A stretch of 64,000 bases of DNA from Flavobacteriales bacterium (GTDB lineage Bacteria; Bacteroidota; Bacteroidia; UBA10329): NCBI GenBank assembly GCA_018402015.1, contig JAGYJL010000001.1, forward strand, positions 50,166-114,165, given 5' to 3'. The translations under genes were made by a program, and so were the position numbers. Within the stretch, counting starts at the first letter, position 1. Each line of letters starts with the position of its first letter. The notes beneath the pieces were generated by a model. That model saw nothing but the letters and a program-made list of their open reading frames with translations. It made no database searches and was not told where the DNA came from. Positions 9,801-17,900 of this stretch are shown in pieces.

Positions 9801-11401
9801 GTAATAGACAATTCGAAAGAACCACCCCCATTAAATAAATCACCAGCATTGATGTAGTAAGTAGTTCCAATCGTTGTTGCAAATCCAGAGATAAGTGAAT
9901 TTAGACCATTCGCGTCATCATTAAAATCTTCGCAAGTTGCGAGTGGAGTACAAGATGTGGTAATAGCTAAAACAGGGTCGAGATCCGAAGAAGTCATCGA
10001 AATATCATAAGCAGTACCATCACCTACAAATGAGTACCAAAGGCCATTAATTGAAGTATTGTAGTTGGCAAAGCAATCAGATTGACCAGCATCGGTAGCT
10101 GCAGAAGTTGCACCGGTTACTACGTCTCCACAAGCAAGAGCAATTGCTCCACCACAAACATCGTTGGCAGGTGCAGCGCAGGTAACATTCAACTCGTAAT
10201 TTCCTGTTCCAGAGCTAAAACCATGTACCAAAATGTAATAGGTAGTACCCGGAATAGAAGAGAAAGTCACTTCACCATCAGCGGTTCCACAACCATCATC
10301 AACACCTGTTACACACGTAAAACTTCCACAAGATCCTGTGTAAACAGAAAGCTTACTATCGTAGTCTGTGTTAGCGCACAGGCTGGCGGTAACTTCAGAG
10401 CCGTCTCCAGCAAATGAGTACCAAACGCCTGGGGCTGTGTTAGTAGTAACACACGTTCCGGCATTATCAACAGTAGCATTAACAGTAGAACCTGTTGCGG
10501 TACCACCGCATGCAATAGGAGTTGCATTTGCGCAATCATCGTTTGCAGGTGGGGTACAAGCAGAAGAAGAAAGTGCTAAATCAAACAGCATTTCATTAAA
10601 GAAATTATCTAAAACATAGACGTAGTAAGTTGCGCCAATAGTAGTAGCCGTGACTGTGGCAGAAACAGAACCAGTTCCGACTTCTAAAACATCACAAGCG
10701 CCACCGCAACTTGAAGTTACCACAATGACTGGATCAAAACCAGGAGCAGTTACATCGATAATATAATCAGTGCCATCTCCAACAAATGAATACCAAACAC
10801 CAGGAGACGCTCCAGTTAAACACGTTGGCTGGCCTGTAGCATCTGCGTTAACCGTAGTACCAGAAACCGCATCACCACAGCTTAATGCTTGTGCATCAGC
10901 ACAAAGATTATTTGCTGGTGGAGGGCAAGTAACGTTCAACTCGAAGTTACCTGTACCAGAGCTAAAGCCATGCACTAAAATGTAGTATGTAGTAGCATCA
11001 ACTGAGGTGAACGACACTTCAGATTGTGCACCACACGCATCATCGTTTCCTGTGACACAAACGAATGCACCACAAGAACCTGTGTAAACAGATAGTTTAG
11101 AGTCGTAATTCGTTCCAGTACACAAGCTTGCTGTTACATTACCACCGTTTCCTACAAATGTGTACCAAACACCAGGTGCAGTATTAGATGTAGTACAAGT
11201 TCCAGCATTATCAAGGGTTGCACCAACTGTTGTGCCTGTAGCAGTTCCGCCACACGCAATTGCAATTGCATTGGCGCAATCATCGTTTGCTGGCCCTCCT
11301 CCACCTGGTGCTGGCTGTGCTGTTACAGACCCTACTGCGGACAGACAGACAATTGCCATCCCAAGAGCCCACGTTTTTGTTTTTGAATATAATGTTTTCA
11401 T
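6875..11401 (-). CDS. giant T9SS cargo protein: eight Cys-rich 'ANDxC' modules, two roughly 120-aa repeats, a PKD domain and a type A CTD (1508 aa)
   Basis: Has a signal peptide. Repeated motif is PANDxCxxA..CG...GVWY.F.G.G....C....D..L.V..G.CG...C...NDD.CG...Y.I.V.GF....G.F.L...C. PKD motif WDFGDGNTA. CTD reads VYPNPSNGQFVVEV...GTYFLQV. Confidence 0.85.
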   Translation of the reverse strand: MKTLYSKTKTWALGMAIVCLSAVGSVTAQPAPGGGGPANDDCANAIAIACGGTATGTTVGATLDNAGTCTTSNTAPGVWYTFVGNGGNVTASLCTGTNYDSKLSVYTGSCGAFVCVTGNDDACGAQSEVSFTSVDATTYYILVHGFSSGTGNFELNVTCPPPANNLCADAQALSCGDAVSGTTVNADATGQPTCLTGASPGVWYSFVGDGTDYIIDVTAPGFDPVIVVTSSCGGACDVLEVGTGSVSATVTATTIGATYYVYVLDNFFNEMLFDLALSSSACTPPANDDCANATPIACGGTATGSTVNATVDNAGTCVTTNTAPGVWYSFAGDGSEVTASLCANTDYDSKLSVYTGSCGSFTCVTGVDDGCGTADGEVTFSSIPGTTYYILVHGFSSGTGNYELNVTCAAPANDVCGGAIALACGDVVTGATSAATDAGQSDCFANYNTSINGLWYSFVGDGTAYDISMTSSDLDPVLAITTSCTPLATCEDFNDDANGLNSLISGFATTIGTTYYINAGDLFNGGGSFELSITSSACEAPTNDDCANAIALACGDVVSGSTSFATADSEVSGVFCGTTSATAPGVWYTVVGTGLDITASLCGSSYDTKLFVYEGACGSLTCVGGNDDACGLQSELTWTSTLGTTYSIWVTGFSSATGDFDLTITCATPANDLCADALPIACGDVVFGNNYNSTVSVDENCAELNAGNGVWYSFVGTGEDVTVSTCGAGTNFDTELVVTTGDCANQTCLIANDDECGLQSTVTFYGEPGVTYNIYVSNFDDEFASVPFGEFELSVTCACPTVDAGTLTADATPVCLTGGTATISATVGTAPTVPAGYEIAYVLTDGDSPNLDILDVVLPPAAVASFDVTAGGNYIIHTLVFNPADGATILGETTGVGVAGLIGSGAICASLDVAGTGLVTVEAPDAGTLTADASPVCLDAGSADISATENAAPVVPAGYSVLYVLTSNPGLIIEQVAATPDFTVTAEGDYIIHTLVYNPATLDLSGVVLGTTSALDVLPSLVQGGGSICANLDAAGAPITVELCGPANDLCSGAIAVTCGSTTSGTTVGSTADDAPFGTAYVSEGVWYVLAGTGDEVTASTCDAADFDTEIVIATGSCGNLTYLANNDDDFTNCTGNTSQVTFDTEVGTDYYIYVGDYFGSDVGPGGNEGTFDLSITCTPPPPAPSNDDACSAEPLALGANGPFTNVGATVEGGTEVIPGGGTGVSGSCQSQDGWCSFSLTLENTIWFSFVAPASGNVIVSTDGSDFDTQLAVYSAVSCQDLVSGTAVLEGANDDNPDALGSTLTSEVVLCGLTPGETYFVQVDGYDGEEGDATVTLTETTVDAGFTYAATGLSVAFTDASTTSSTIVEWAWDFGDGNTADIADPTNVYALDGPYTVCLTVTDENGCTSEYCEAIQVTDIPTTIAEAVERGMEVYPNPSNGQFVVEVAGVEADVQIVVLDVAGRQVYNEGVTLNNSFRKDLNLDVASGTYFLQVATLEGLVTRKIQIH

Positions 11402-11420
11402 TTTTCTCTTTTAGTAGGTT

Positions 11421-12092
11421 TTACTTGTTGTTTAAGCCTGAGTTCAATTGCTTGTACTCCTTTGGGTTGGCTTTAATCCAAGCAGCTTTTTCTGCTTCAG
11501 AAGAAAAACGCTCTGCAGTTGGAAGAACTTTAGTTACTCTAGGAGCAATTTCCAACTTACGGCTTTCCTCTAGCATAGCTTTGTGCTCTGCAGGATGGCT
11601 ATTTACCCATGCACGGTACTCTTCCAGAGAGTTCCATTGTAATTTTTCACCAGTCATCTCGCGATAAGCTTCTGGGTTTGCTTCAGTCCAAGCTTGCTTC
11701 TCTGCATCAGATGCAAAACGCTCAGCTTTTACAGTGCTATGTGTTGCTTTGGCCGTAGTAGGCTTTTGGTTTGCCTTCATTGCCTCATACTCAGCAGGGT
11801 TAGCTTTGATCCAAGCTCGCTTTTCTTCAATTGAGTTGAATTGCTTTGACTCAGTGGAGTTAGCTTTGATCCACGCTTGCTTTTCTGCTTCGTTTGCAAA
11901 ACGCTCGTTACTCCTAACATTAGGATCCTGGCGCTTTACTTCTTGTTTCTGATTCAATTCCGGATGCGCTTTAATCCAAGCCGCTTTTTCGGCTTCCGAC
12001 TTGAAGGTCGGGATACTGTTGCTCTGCGCCATTCCCACATGGTAGGAACCTATTAACAGACCAACAGCCACTAATCGTCTAAGTGTTTTCAT
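11421..12092 (-). CDS. secreted repeat protein with six copies of a 15-aa [FW]x[SN]x[AE]E[KY]xAW[IV]KANP motif (223 aa)
   Basis: Signal peptide, then motif copies at aa 30, 65, 85, 126, 153 and 196 (for example FKSEAEKAAWIKAHP, FSSEAEKAAWIKANP). No family recognised. Confidence 0.7.
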   Translation of the reverse strand: MKTLRRLVAVGLLIGSYHVGMAQSNSIPTFKSEAEKAAWIKAHPELNQKQEVKRQDPNVRSNERFANEAEKQAWIKANSTESKQFNSIEEKRAWIKANPAEYEAMKANQKPTTAKATHSTVKAERFASDAEKQAWTEANPEAYREMTGEKLQWNSLEEYRAWVNSHPAEHKAMLEESRKLEIAPRVTKVLPTAERFSSEAEKAAWIKANPKEYKQLNSGLNNK

Positions 12093-12276
12093 GTTGATTG
12101 TAGATTAATTTAAGGTTTGATTTTTATTCAGTCGTAAGTGGCACAAGGTAAGCATTTCACATAAGTACACAACATAATTCGCATTGAGAGTTGTCAGCGG
12201 CTCATTCGTTTCCGAACCAGATTTCGGGAAACCAATGGCCAAACAGGCCGAAAAACGTACAACATAATTAAAAACA

Positions 12277-12304
12277 GAAAGCCCTGCCAAATGGCAGGGC
12301 TTTC
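12277..12304 (-). terminator. rho-independent terminator after the 707-aa gene
   Basis: GAAAGCCCTGCC-aaat-GGCAGGGCTTTC: a 12-bp perfect stem followed by a T-rich run on the minus strand. Confidence 0.65.
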
Positions 12305-12331
12305 ATAATTAGTTATACTATCTCATGAGAT

Positions 12332-14455
12332 TTATCTCACCTCCAATTTTTGGATGAGATTGTGCTTGTCTGAAGCTACATTCAAAATGTAAGATCCAGC
12401 ACTAAGGTTCAGGTCAAGCCCTTTTCTGAAATCGTTGGTAAGAACCACCGCTTCTGAATAGACCACCTTACCTACCATATCGGTAACCGTAAGCTGAGCA
12501 GCGCCTTCGGCACCGTTCATCTCTACTGTAAAAGTTCCGTTAGATGGGTTTGGATAAACCATAACTGAAGCATCGCTCAAGGTACCATCTTCAATTCCAG
12601 TGATTGGGTCACAGGTCAAAGTCAGGTCAAAATCGATTGTTGCTGGAGCACCTGATGCTGCGGTTACAAATACGTAATAGGTTACACCTACTGTAGTGGT
12701 AAACTCGTAAAACACGCTTGCAGCAGACCCACAGGCCGGGTCTGCGATTGCTACACTACCTTGACCTTCACACGTTAATTGAGCACACGTGGGGCCAGAA
12801 TAAACAGCAAACCATGGCTGTTCTGCCGAGCCAGCGGTGGTTGGTCCGCAAGTAGAAATCTTTACACCGCCTCCGGTGCCCGTGAAAGTGTACCAAACTC
12901 CTAGGTCGGTTGCCAATGCGTCACATGAGTTAGGGCTACCAGCAGCTGTAGCACCAACCGTTGTTCCAACCGTAGACACATCACATTGAAGTGGCTCGGC
13001 ATTAACACAAAGGTCATTTGCAGGAGCAGCACAATAAGTAATGGTTACATCATAATCGTTGGCTCCAGAACCACATGGGTAACCTTCAAAACCTGTAGGT
13101 ACAAGGGCAAAAATGTACGTTCCAGGTGCGGCTGAATAAGTCAAACTTCCAGTACCACAGGCCGTGCTTGTTGCTTCTCCCAGCAGCGTAAAGTCCGTAC
13201 AGTTATCAATAAGAACTGCATTGATCGGCATAGCTCCGCTGTAGTCAACCACAATGTTCGTGTTCTCCGTGACAACTAACTCAAACCAATCAGTATCACG
13301 GTTTCCTCCATTAGCCCAAAGTGTTCCAGAAATGGATTGTCCGCATGTAATAGGCTCATACGTTTCCGGACTTGGGTCGTTGTTACAACCACCGTTAAGA
13401 TCAGTTCCACAGGCCTCAGACTCTGCCGGATTGCCTTGAGACGCGTAAGTACAAGGACACTGAAGGCTGAAGGTCTGAGTTTGCTGATCAATGAATTCAG
13501 CATCCACAAGAATGTAGTATTGGGTGCCTGCAGTCAGATTCAATCCACCATAATTCCCTGCTTCTATAACGTCAGACACGCAAGTCCAACCCAAGGTATC
13601 GCAACCAGTGGAAACTGGTTTGTACATGTAGTCGAAGAAGTTGGTCTCTGTTGATGAGGTAACCTCGATAGTATATACACCGGAAACGCTTGGCGTAAAA
13701 CTGTAAAGTTGCTCTGGACCGAATGTGGTAAAGCCACAGCCGGTTACGAACTCCCAATCAAGTGTTCCAACGCCACCCAACGTTACCGTTTGAGGTGAGT
13801 TACATCCTGCAATGGCAATAACATCATCGCATGGGTTATTGTAGCCTCCAACGATTACATTATCAATGGCAAAACCCGAACCCCATACACCAGCATCTGA
13901 ATGGATGAAACCGATCATCATCTGGTCGTTGAAGCTGTAAGTATTGCCTCCTACTACAATATCGCTCGGAAGAAGGAACCCGTCTTCCGCCCAAACCGCG
14001 CTATCATTAATAGGAATATTGAGCCAGTTAGCACCCGCATCATAACTGATGAGCCAGTATGCCTCAGCATCCCATAAGCCATCGTAAAACACATCGAACA
14101 AGAACACGGCAGAATCGAAAGTTGAGAGGTCCATTACAGGGCTCATCAACAGGTCTTCCAATCTATTCTGGTCTGCTGCATCGTCATTTGAAATGGCGAA
14201 CGGACTTCCATCGATAGATGCAGGAACTGTCCAAAATGTAGATGTGTACGGGCCTTGACCAAATACCCAGCCGCCCGATGGGGTTGTGGAAGAAATTCCA
14301 GTAGGGAAGGTTTGCTCTGTAGTTTGTGTCCAACCTACCGGAGTGGTGGTAAGGTCGAAATCCTCAAATAGCACAATCCCGAAATTCTGCGCATATGCTG
14401 AACCTGAAATGGCCAAGATGGAGGTAAATAGAATTAAAGAGTAGAGTTTTTTCAT
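12332..14455 (-). CDS. T9SS type A cargo protein with an N-terminal beta-sandwich (MAM / choice-of-anchor-J-like, weak call) and 'ANDxC'-type modules (707 aa)
   Basis: Has a signal peptide. The module AAPANDLCVNAEPLQCD...GVWYTFTGTGG...YYVFV...DFDLTLTC matches those of the 1508-aa protein. CTD reads VYPNPSNGTFTVEM...GSYILNV. Confidence 0.8.
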   Translation of the reverse strand: MKKLYSLILFTSILAISGSAYAQNFGIVLFEDFDLTTTPVGWTQTTEQTFPTGISSTTPSGGWVFGQGPYTSTFWTVPASIDGSPFAISNDDAADQNRLEDLLMSPVMDLSTFDSAVFLFDVFYDGLWDAEAYWLISYDAGANWLNIPINDSAVWAEDGFLLPSDIVVGGNTYSFNDQMMIGFIHSDAGVWGSGFAIDNVIVGGYNNPCDDVIAIAGCNSPQTVTLGGVGTLDWEFVTGCGFTTFGPEQLYSFTPSVSGVYTIEVTSSTETNFFDYMYKPVSTGCDTLGWTCVSDVIEAGNYGGLNLTAGTQYYILVDAEFIDQQTQTFSLQCPCTYASQGNPAESEACGTDLNGGCNNDPSPETYEPITCGQSISGTLWANGGNRDTDWFELVVTENTNIVVDYSGAMPINAVLIDNCTDFTLLGEATSTACGTGSLTYSAAPGTYIFALVPTGFEGYPCGSGANDYDVTITYCAAPANDLCVNAEPLQCDVSTVGTTVGATAAGSPNSCDALATDLGVWYTFTGTGGGVKISTCGPTTAGSAEQPWFAVYSGPTCAQLTCEGQGSVAIADPACGSAASVFYEFTTTVGVTYYVFVTAASGAPATIDFDLTLTCDPITGIEDGTLSDASVMVYPNPSNGTFTVEMNGAEGAAQLTVTDMVGKVVYSEAVVLTNDFRKGLDLNLSAGSYILNVASDKHNLIQKLEVR

Positions 14456-14487
14456 GGTGAAATGGTTGAATATTCAGTGGTGATGAA

Positions 14488-14778
14488 TTACTGATTGTCT
14501 GTTTTGGTTTTGCTGTCTGTTGACTGTGTTTTTTTACGCTCTTCCTTGTAGGCGTTCAATTGTTGCTGGTTCATCATTTGCTCACCAGTTACACGCTTTA
14601 CATTGGCACTTTTCTTCAGAACTGCCTGCTTTTGCGCCTCTGTAGCAGCAGGAGTAGCCTTTTGCAACGCAGCTTTAGATTCAACTTTTTTGATGGGTGT
14701 TGCAGCGGTCTTGTCCTGTGCATTTGCAGCAGCTGTGGAGAAGACAACCAACGCAACCAAGGTTACTAGGTTTTTCAT
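14488..14778 (-). CDS. small secreted Lys/Gln/Ala-rich protein (96 aa)
   Basis: Signal peptide (LVALVVFSTAAANAQ) followed by a low-complexity charged tail. Same style as the ORF at 6502-6789. Confidence 0.55.
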   Translation of the reverse strand: MKNLVTLVALVVFSTAAANAQDKTAATPIKKVESKAALQKATPAATEAQKQAVLKKSANVKRVTGEQMMNQQQLNAYKEERKKTQSTDSKTKTDNQ

Positions 14779-14851
14779 AGGTGTTAAGATTTGGTTAATG
14801 TTTGTACAAATCTAGCAATCGTCTGTTTTGCTTTAACATTTGCCAGGATTT

Positions 14852-16075
14852 TCACAATGGAGAACGAACGTTCTGAGAAAGTGAATCGCAACGCATTTTA
14901 ACTTTCAAGAACTCGGAAGTAGAAGCCGAGGATATCGGATTTGATGCAGGCAATTCTTCTCTCCTATGATCTACTTGCTTTCCGTTCTTCCAGAAACGGA
15001 AACAGACATGTGGTCCAGTGGCCAATCCAGTAGACCCTACATAACCAATAACATCTCCCTGACTCACTCTGACACCAGGCTTTATGCCTTTCGCAATTTT
15101 AGACATATGAAGGTACTGCGTTGAATAAACACTATTGTGCTTCATTTTTACGTAGTTGCCATTGTTGGCCTTGTATCGGGCTTCTGTTATTACGCCATCG
15201 CCAACCGCTACGATCGGTGTTCCTGTAGGAGCTGCATAATCTGTTCCGAGATGTGCCTTGAAGCGCTTTTGTACAGGATGAAACCGTTTCATCGAGTATC
15301 CAGAACTGATTCTGGAGAACTTGACCGGTGCTTTGAGGAACGCTTTCTTGAGGTTGTTGCCTTCTTCATCAAAGTATCCTTTGTCATTCTCCCCTTCAAA
15401 ATAATAGGCTTTTATGGGTTTGCCGTAACTCGTGAATGTAGATGCCAGGATGCGGTCTACACCTATCGACTTTCCATCTACGTAATTCTCGGTGTACAGC
15501 ACTTCAAACTCATCTCCTTTCTGAATCCGATAAAAGTCAATGGTCCAGGCATAGATCTCTGACAACTCAATTGCCAGAAGCGGATCTGCATTCACTTTTT
15601 TAAGGTCTACGTACAACGATGAATTGACCACACCTTTCACGAATTTGGTGCGTTTTTCAATATCCTTCTGCCCCACATATACGTGCAAACTGTCTTGCAA
15701 ATTGAAGACAACGTACTCCGTTGCGTTAGGCTCGTAAACGAAGCACATGGCAACACCAGAGGAATCTTTTCTACAGAAGATGGTGTATGGTTTACCGGCT
15801 GCGAGTTTCCTCACATCGAATACTTCCCTAGAAGCTTTTGCAATGGCATCGATGGTACTGTAAGGCACACCATATGGAAGTAGTAGGGTTGAAAGGTTTT
15901 GGTCGCGCTTGACCTTGTCTTTTATGATGATGAGGGAATCTGTTACAATCCCATACTCCTCATTCCTTTCTTGAACGATTTCCTCCTTTGAGGTCTCTTC
16001 TTGTGAACCGCTCGGTCCACAGGCAATAAAACTGAGAATGGATCCCCATAAAATCAACTTCACTAAATCTCTCAT
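14852..16075 (-). CDS. M23 family metallopeptidase (lipoprotein-like N-terminus)
   Basis: HLGTDYAAPTGTPIVAVGDG...YLHMSKI...GDVIGYVGSTGLATGPHVCFRF matches the M23 HxxxD / HxH signature. N-terminus reads LSFIACG. Confidence 0.88.
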   Translation of the reverse strand: MRDLVKLILWGSILSFIACGPSGSQEETSKEEIVQERNEEYGIVTDSLIIIKDKVKRDQNLSTLLLPYGVPYSTIDAIAKASREVFDVRKLAAGKPYTIFCRKDSSGVAMCFVYEPNATEYVVFNLQDSLHVYVGQKDIEKRTKFVKGVVNSSLYVDLKKVNADPLLAIELSEIYAWTIDFYRIQKGDEFEVLYTENYVDGKSIGVDRILASTFTSYGKPIKAYYFEGENDKGYFDEEGNNLKKAFLKAPVKFSRISSGYSMKRFHPVQKRFKAHLGTDYAAPTGTPIVAVGDGVITEARYKANNGNYVKMKHNSVYSTQYLHMSKIAKGIKPGVRVSQGDVIGYVGSTGLATGPHVCFRFWKNGKQVDHRREELPASNPISSASTSEFLKVKMRCDSLSQNVRSPL

Positions 16076-16095
16076 CCCGTTGGGTATTCTCTTCG

Positions 16096-17799
16096 CTATC
16101 TTAATAGAGTAACGGTTCCTTGCTCAGAGAAATTATCGCCATTAACACCTTTTAGATTCAGAATATAATAATATGTTCCGGCTGCAGCCTTAGCACCTCC
16201 ATTTATGGTTCCGTCCCAACCCCATAGATCAACTGGTGGAACGGCCCCATCAAAACTGAATACAGGACGTCCCCATCGGTTATAGATCTTCATGGTGGCT
16301 TGGGTCATTGCATAGGTTTCGGGTTGAAAGCGTTCGTTGAATTCATCGCCATTAGGCGTGAAAACATTTGGTAATTCGTATTCAGGAAGTCCTTCTACAT
16401 ATATTGAATAGATAGCCGTATCCATGCATCCGTTTGCATTGGTAACCACAAGGGCTACATCGTACCAGCCACTGTCTGGAAACGTGTAATTCAATTCGCC
16501 AAGTGTATTGTAAGCCGTATCGAGAATAACCCAGTAAGCTTCTTCATCCTGACCTAGTTCGGTTGTGAACGTTGCGTCCAAGCTGTTGGATTCGAACGAA
16601 CCATCTGCTACCGGATTATCAAACACCGTTACGGCCGCGGTGGCTGAATCAACACATCCTGCAGCCGTTGAAACCACAAGTTGAACGTCATACGAACCGG
16701 CTTCTTCGTACACTACGGACGCACTGCTGCCGAAATCGGTGGTTCCATTTCCGAGGTCCCAGTCCCAATCGTTCACCGTGCCATTGGCAACCGTTGATTG
16801 ATCGACAAGGTCCATTTCACCGCCTTGGCAAACATCCGTGGATGTAAAATCTGCAACCGGATTTGGGTTGACCGTTATTTCCAGACTATCGGAAGCATCA
16901 CAATTCTCAGCGTCTACTATGGTTTGTGTTACCCAATACGTACCTGGTGTTTCGAAGGTAATATCGCCCGGAGTTTGTACCGATGAAACCTGCCCGTTAT
17001 TGAAGTTCCATTCCCAACTCACCACTTCCCCTAGCGCGCTATAGGAATCATCTTCAAACAGCACAGATTCTCCAGCGCAGATATCGTTGTCATCGGCCGT
17101 TAATCCTGGAGTTATCGAAAAACAGAACTCTTGTCTATTGTTCAGCCCTCCAGTTGCAGCTGTAAATCCCCAATAAACCAATGGATCGCCTCCAAAAATG
17201 TTGGTGATGATATCGCCAGTATACGTGGTTCTCAGCGAGCCATCCATATAAAAGTTGATGATGGTGGTTGTTGGATCCCAGCTAACGCGCATTACGTGCC
17301 ACAGACCGTCTTCAATATTGGCGCCACTTACCAATGCAATTTCTGGCCCAGCCAAGTTGTCTGCAGAGTTATGAAAGACAGACCCATTTGCCATGATAGC
17401 AACATGATCCTGAACAAGATCGCCCTGCGTTGGTCCATTATCATAGGTATCTATAGACATGGCAAGAGAAGGAGAGATACCCGCATAGCCCATTCCGCCA
17501 CCAGTGTTGCCCACGTTTGTTCCTATTGGCTGAAGCACAAATGCAATACCATCAGCACCGCCAGGAATGTCTCCAAGATAGACATCGAAGGTATAATCGA
17601 AGGCATTTTCTAAGCTGATCTTATCATTGCTCCAAACAAAACCTCCTTGATTATTGATGGCTTCTGTCAATCTATAGCAATTACAAGAAAGCTGTACTGC
17701 GTTACCATAAGCTCCTTGCGCCTTAGCCGAATAAGATGCAAGGGATAAAAGCAAAACAATGCCTATCGATATTGATTTTGAAACAGTGGTGGAAAACAT
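16096..17799 (-). CDS. lectin-like (ConA/legume-lectin fold) plus 2x PKD protein with a T9SS type B (gliding-motility CHU_C) sorting domain
   Basis: N-terminus GGADGIAFVLQP...; PKD motifs WEWNFNNG and WDWDLGNG; C-terminus LPNVFTPNGDEFNERF...IYNRWGRPVF...WDGT...GTYYYIL. Confidence 0.85.
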   Translation of the reverse strand: MFSTTVSKSISIGIVLLLSLASYSAKAQGAYGNAVQLSCNCYRLTEAINNQGGFVWSNDKISLENAFDYTFDVYLGDIPGGADGIAFVLQPIGTNVGNTGGGMGYAGISPSLAMSIDTYDNGPTQGDLVQDHVAIMANGSVFHNSADNLAGPEIALVSGANIEDGLWHVMRVSWDPTTTIINFYMDGSLRTTYTGDIITNIFGGDPLVYWGFTAATGGLNNRQEFCFSITPGLTADDNDICAGESVLFEDDSYSALGEVVSWEWNFNNGQVSSVQTPGDITFETPGTYWVTQTIVDAENCDASDSLEITVNPNPVADFTSTDVCQGGEMDLVDQSTVANGTVNDWDWDLGNGTTDFGSSASVVYEEAGSYDVQLVVSTAAGCVDSATAAVTVFDNPVADGSFESNSLDATFTTELGQDEEAYWVILDTAYNTLGELNYTFPDSGWYDVALVVTNANGCMDTAIYSIYVEGLPEYELPNVFTPNGDEFNERFQPETYAMTQATMKIYNRWGRPVFSFDGAVPPVDLWGWDGTINGGAKAAAGTYYYILNLKGVNGDNFSEQGTVTLLR

Positions 17800-17900
17800 T
17801 TTCAGAACTGATTAAGGTTTTAGTCGAAAGCGCACACAATCACGCGTGCTCTTCAAAAGACGAAAATAACCTTATCGGTTGCTGAAATCAATTAGAAAGC

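Noticed and set aside
8217-11414. Numerous 60-110-aa plus-strand ORFs lie inside the 1508-aa gene.
   Set aside because: They are antisense to a long, motif-rich, repeat-structured CDS. The repetitive Thr/Gly/Ala/Val codon composition keeps the opposite strand open.
11260-11952. Plus-strand ORFs 11260-11667 and 11734-11952 carry a recurring LALIQA peptide.
   Set aside because: They are the antisense reading of the AWIKAN repeat motif of the 223-aa minus-strand gene. The repeat is explained by that gene.
12105-12290. A 61-aa minus-strand ORF lies in the intergenic gap.
   Set aside because: It spans the terminator hairpin at 12277-12304 and the likely promoter region of the 223-aa gene. It has no signal or motif.
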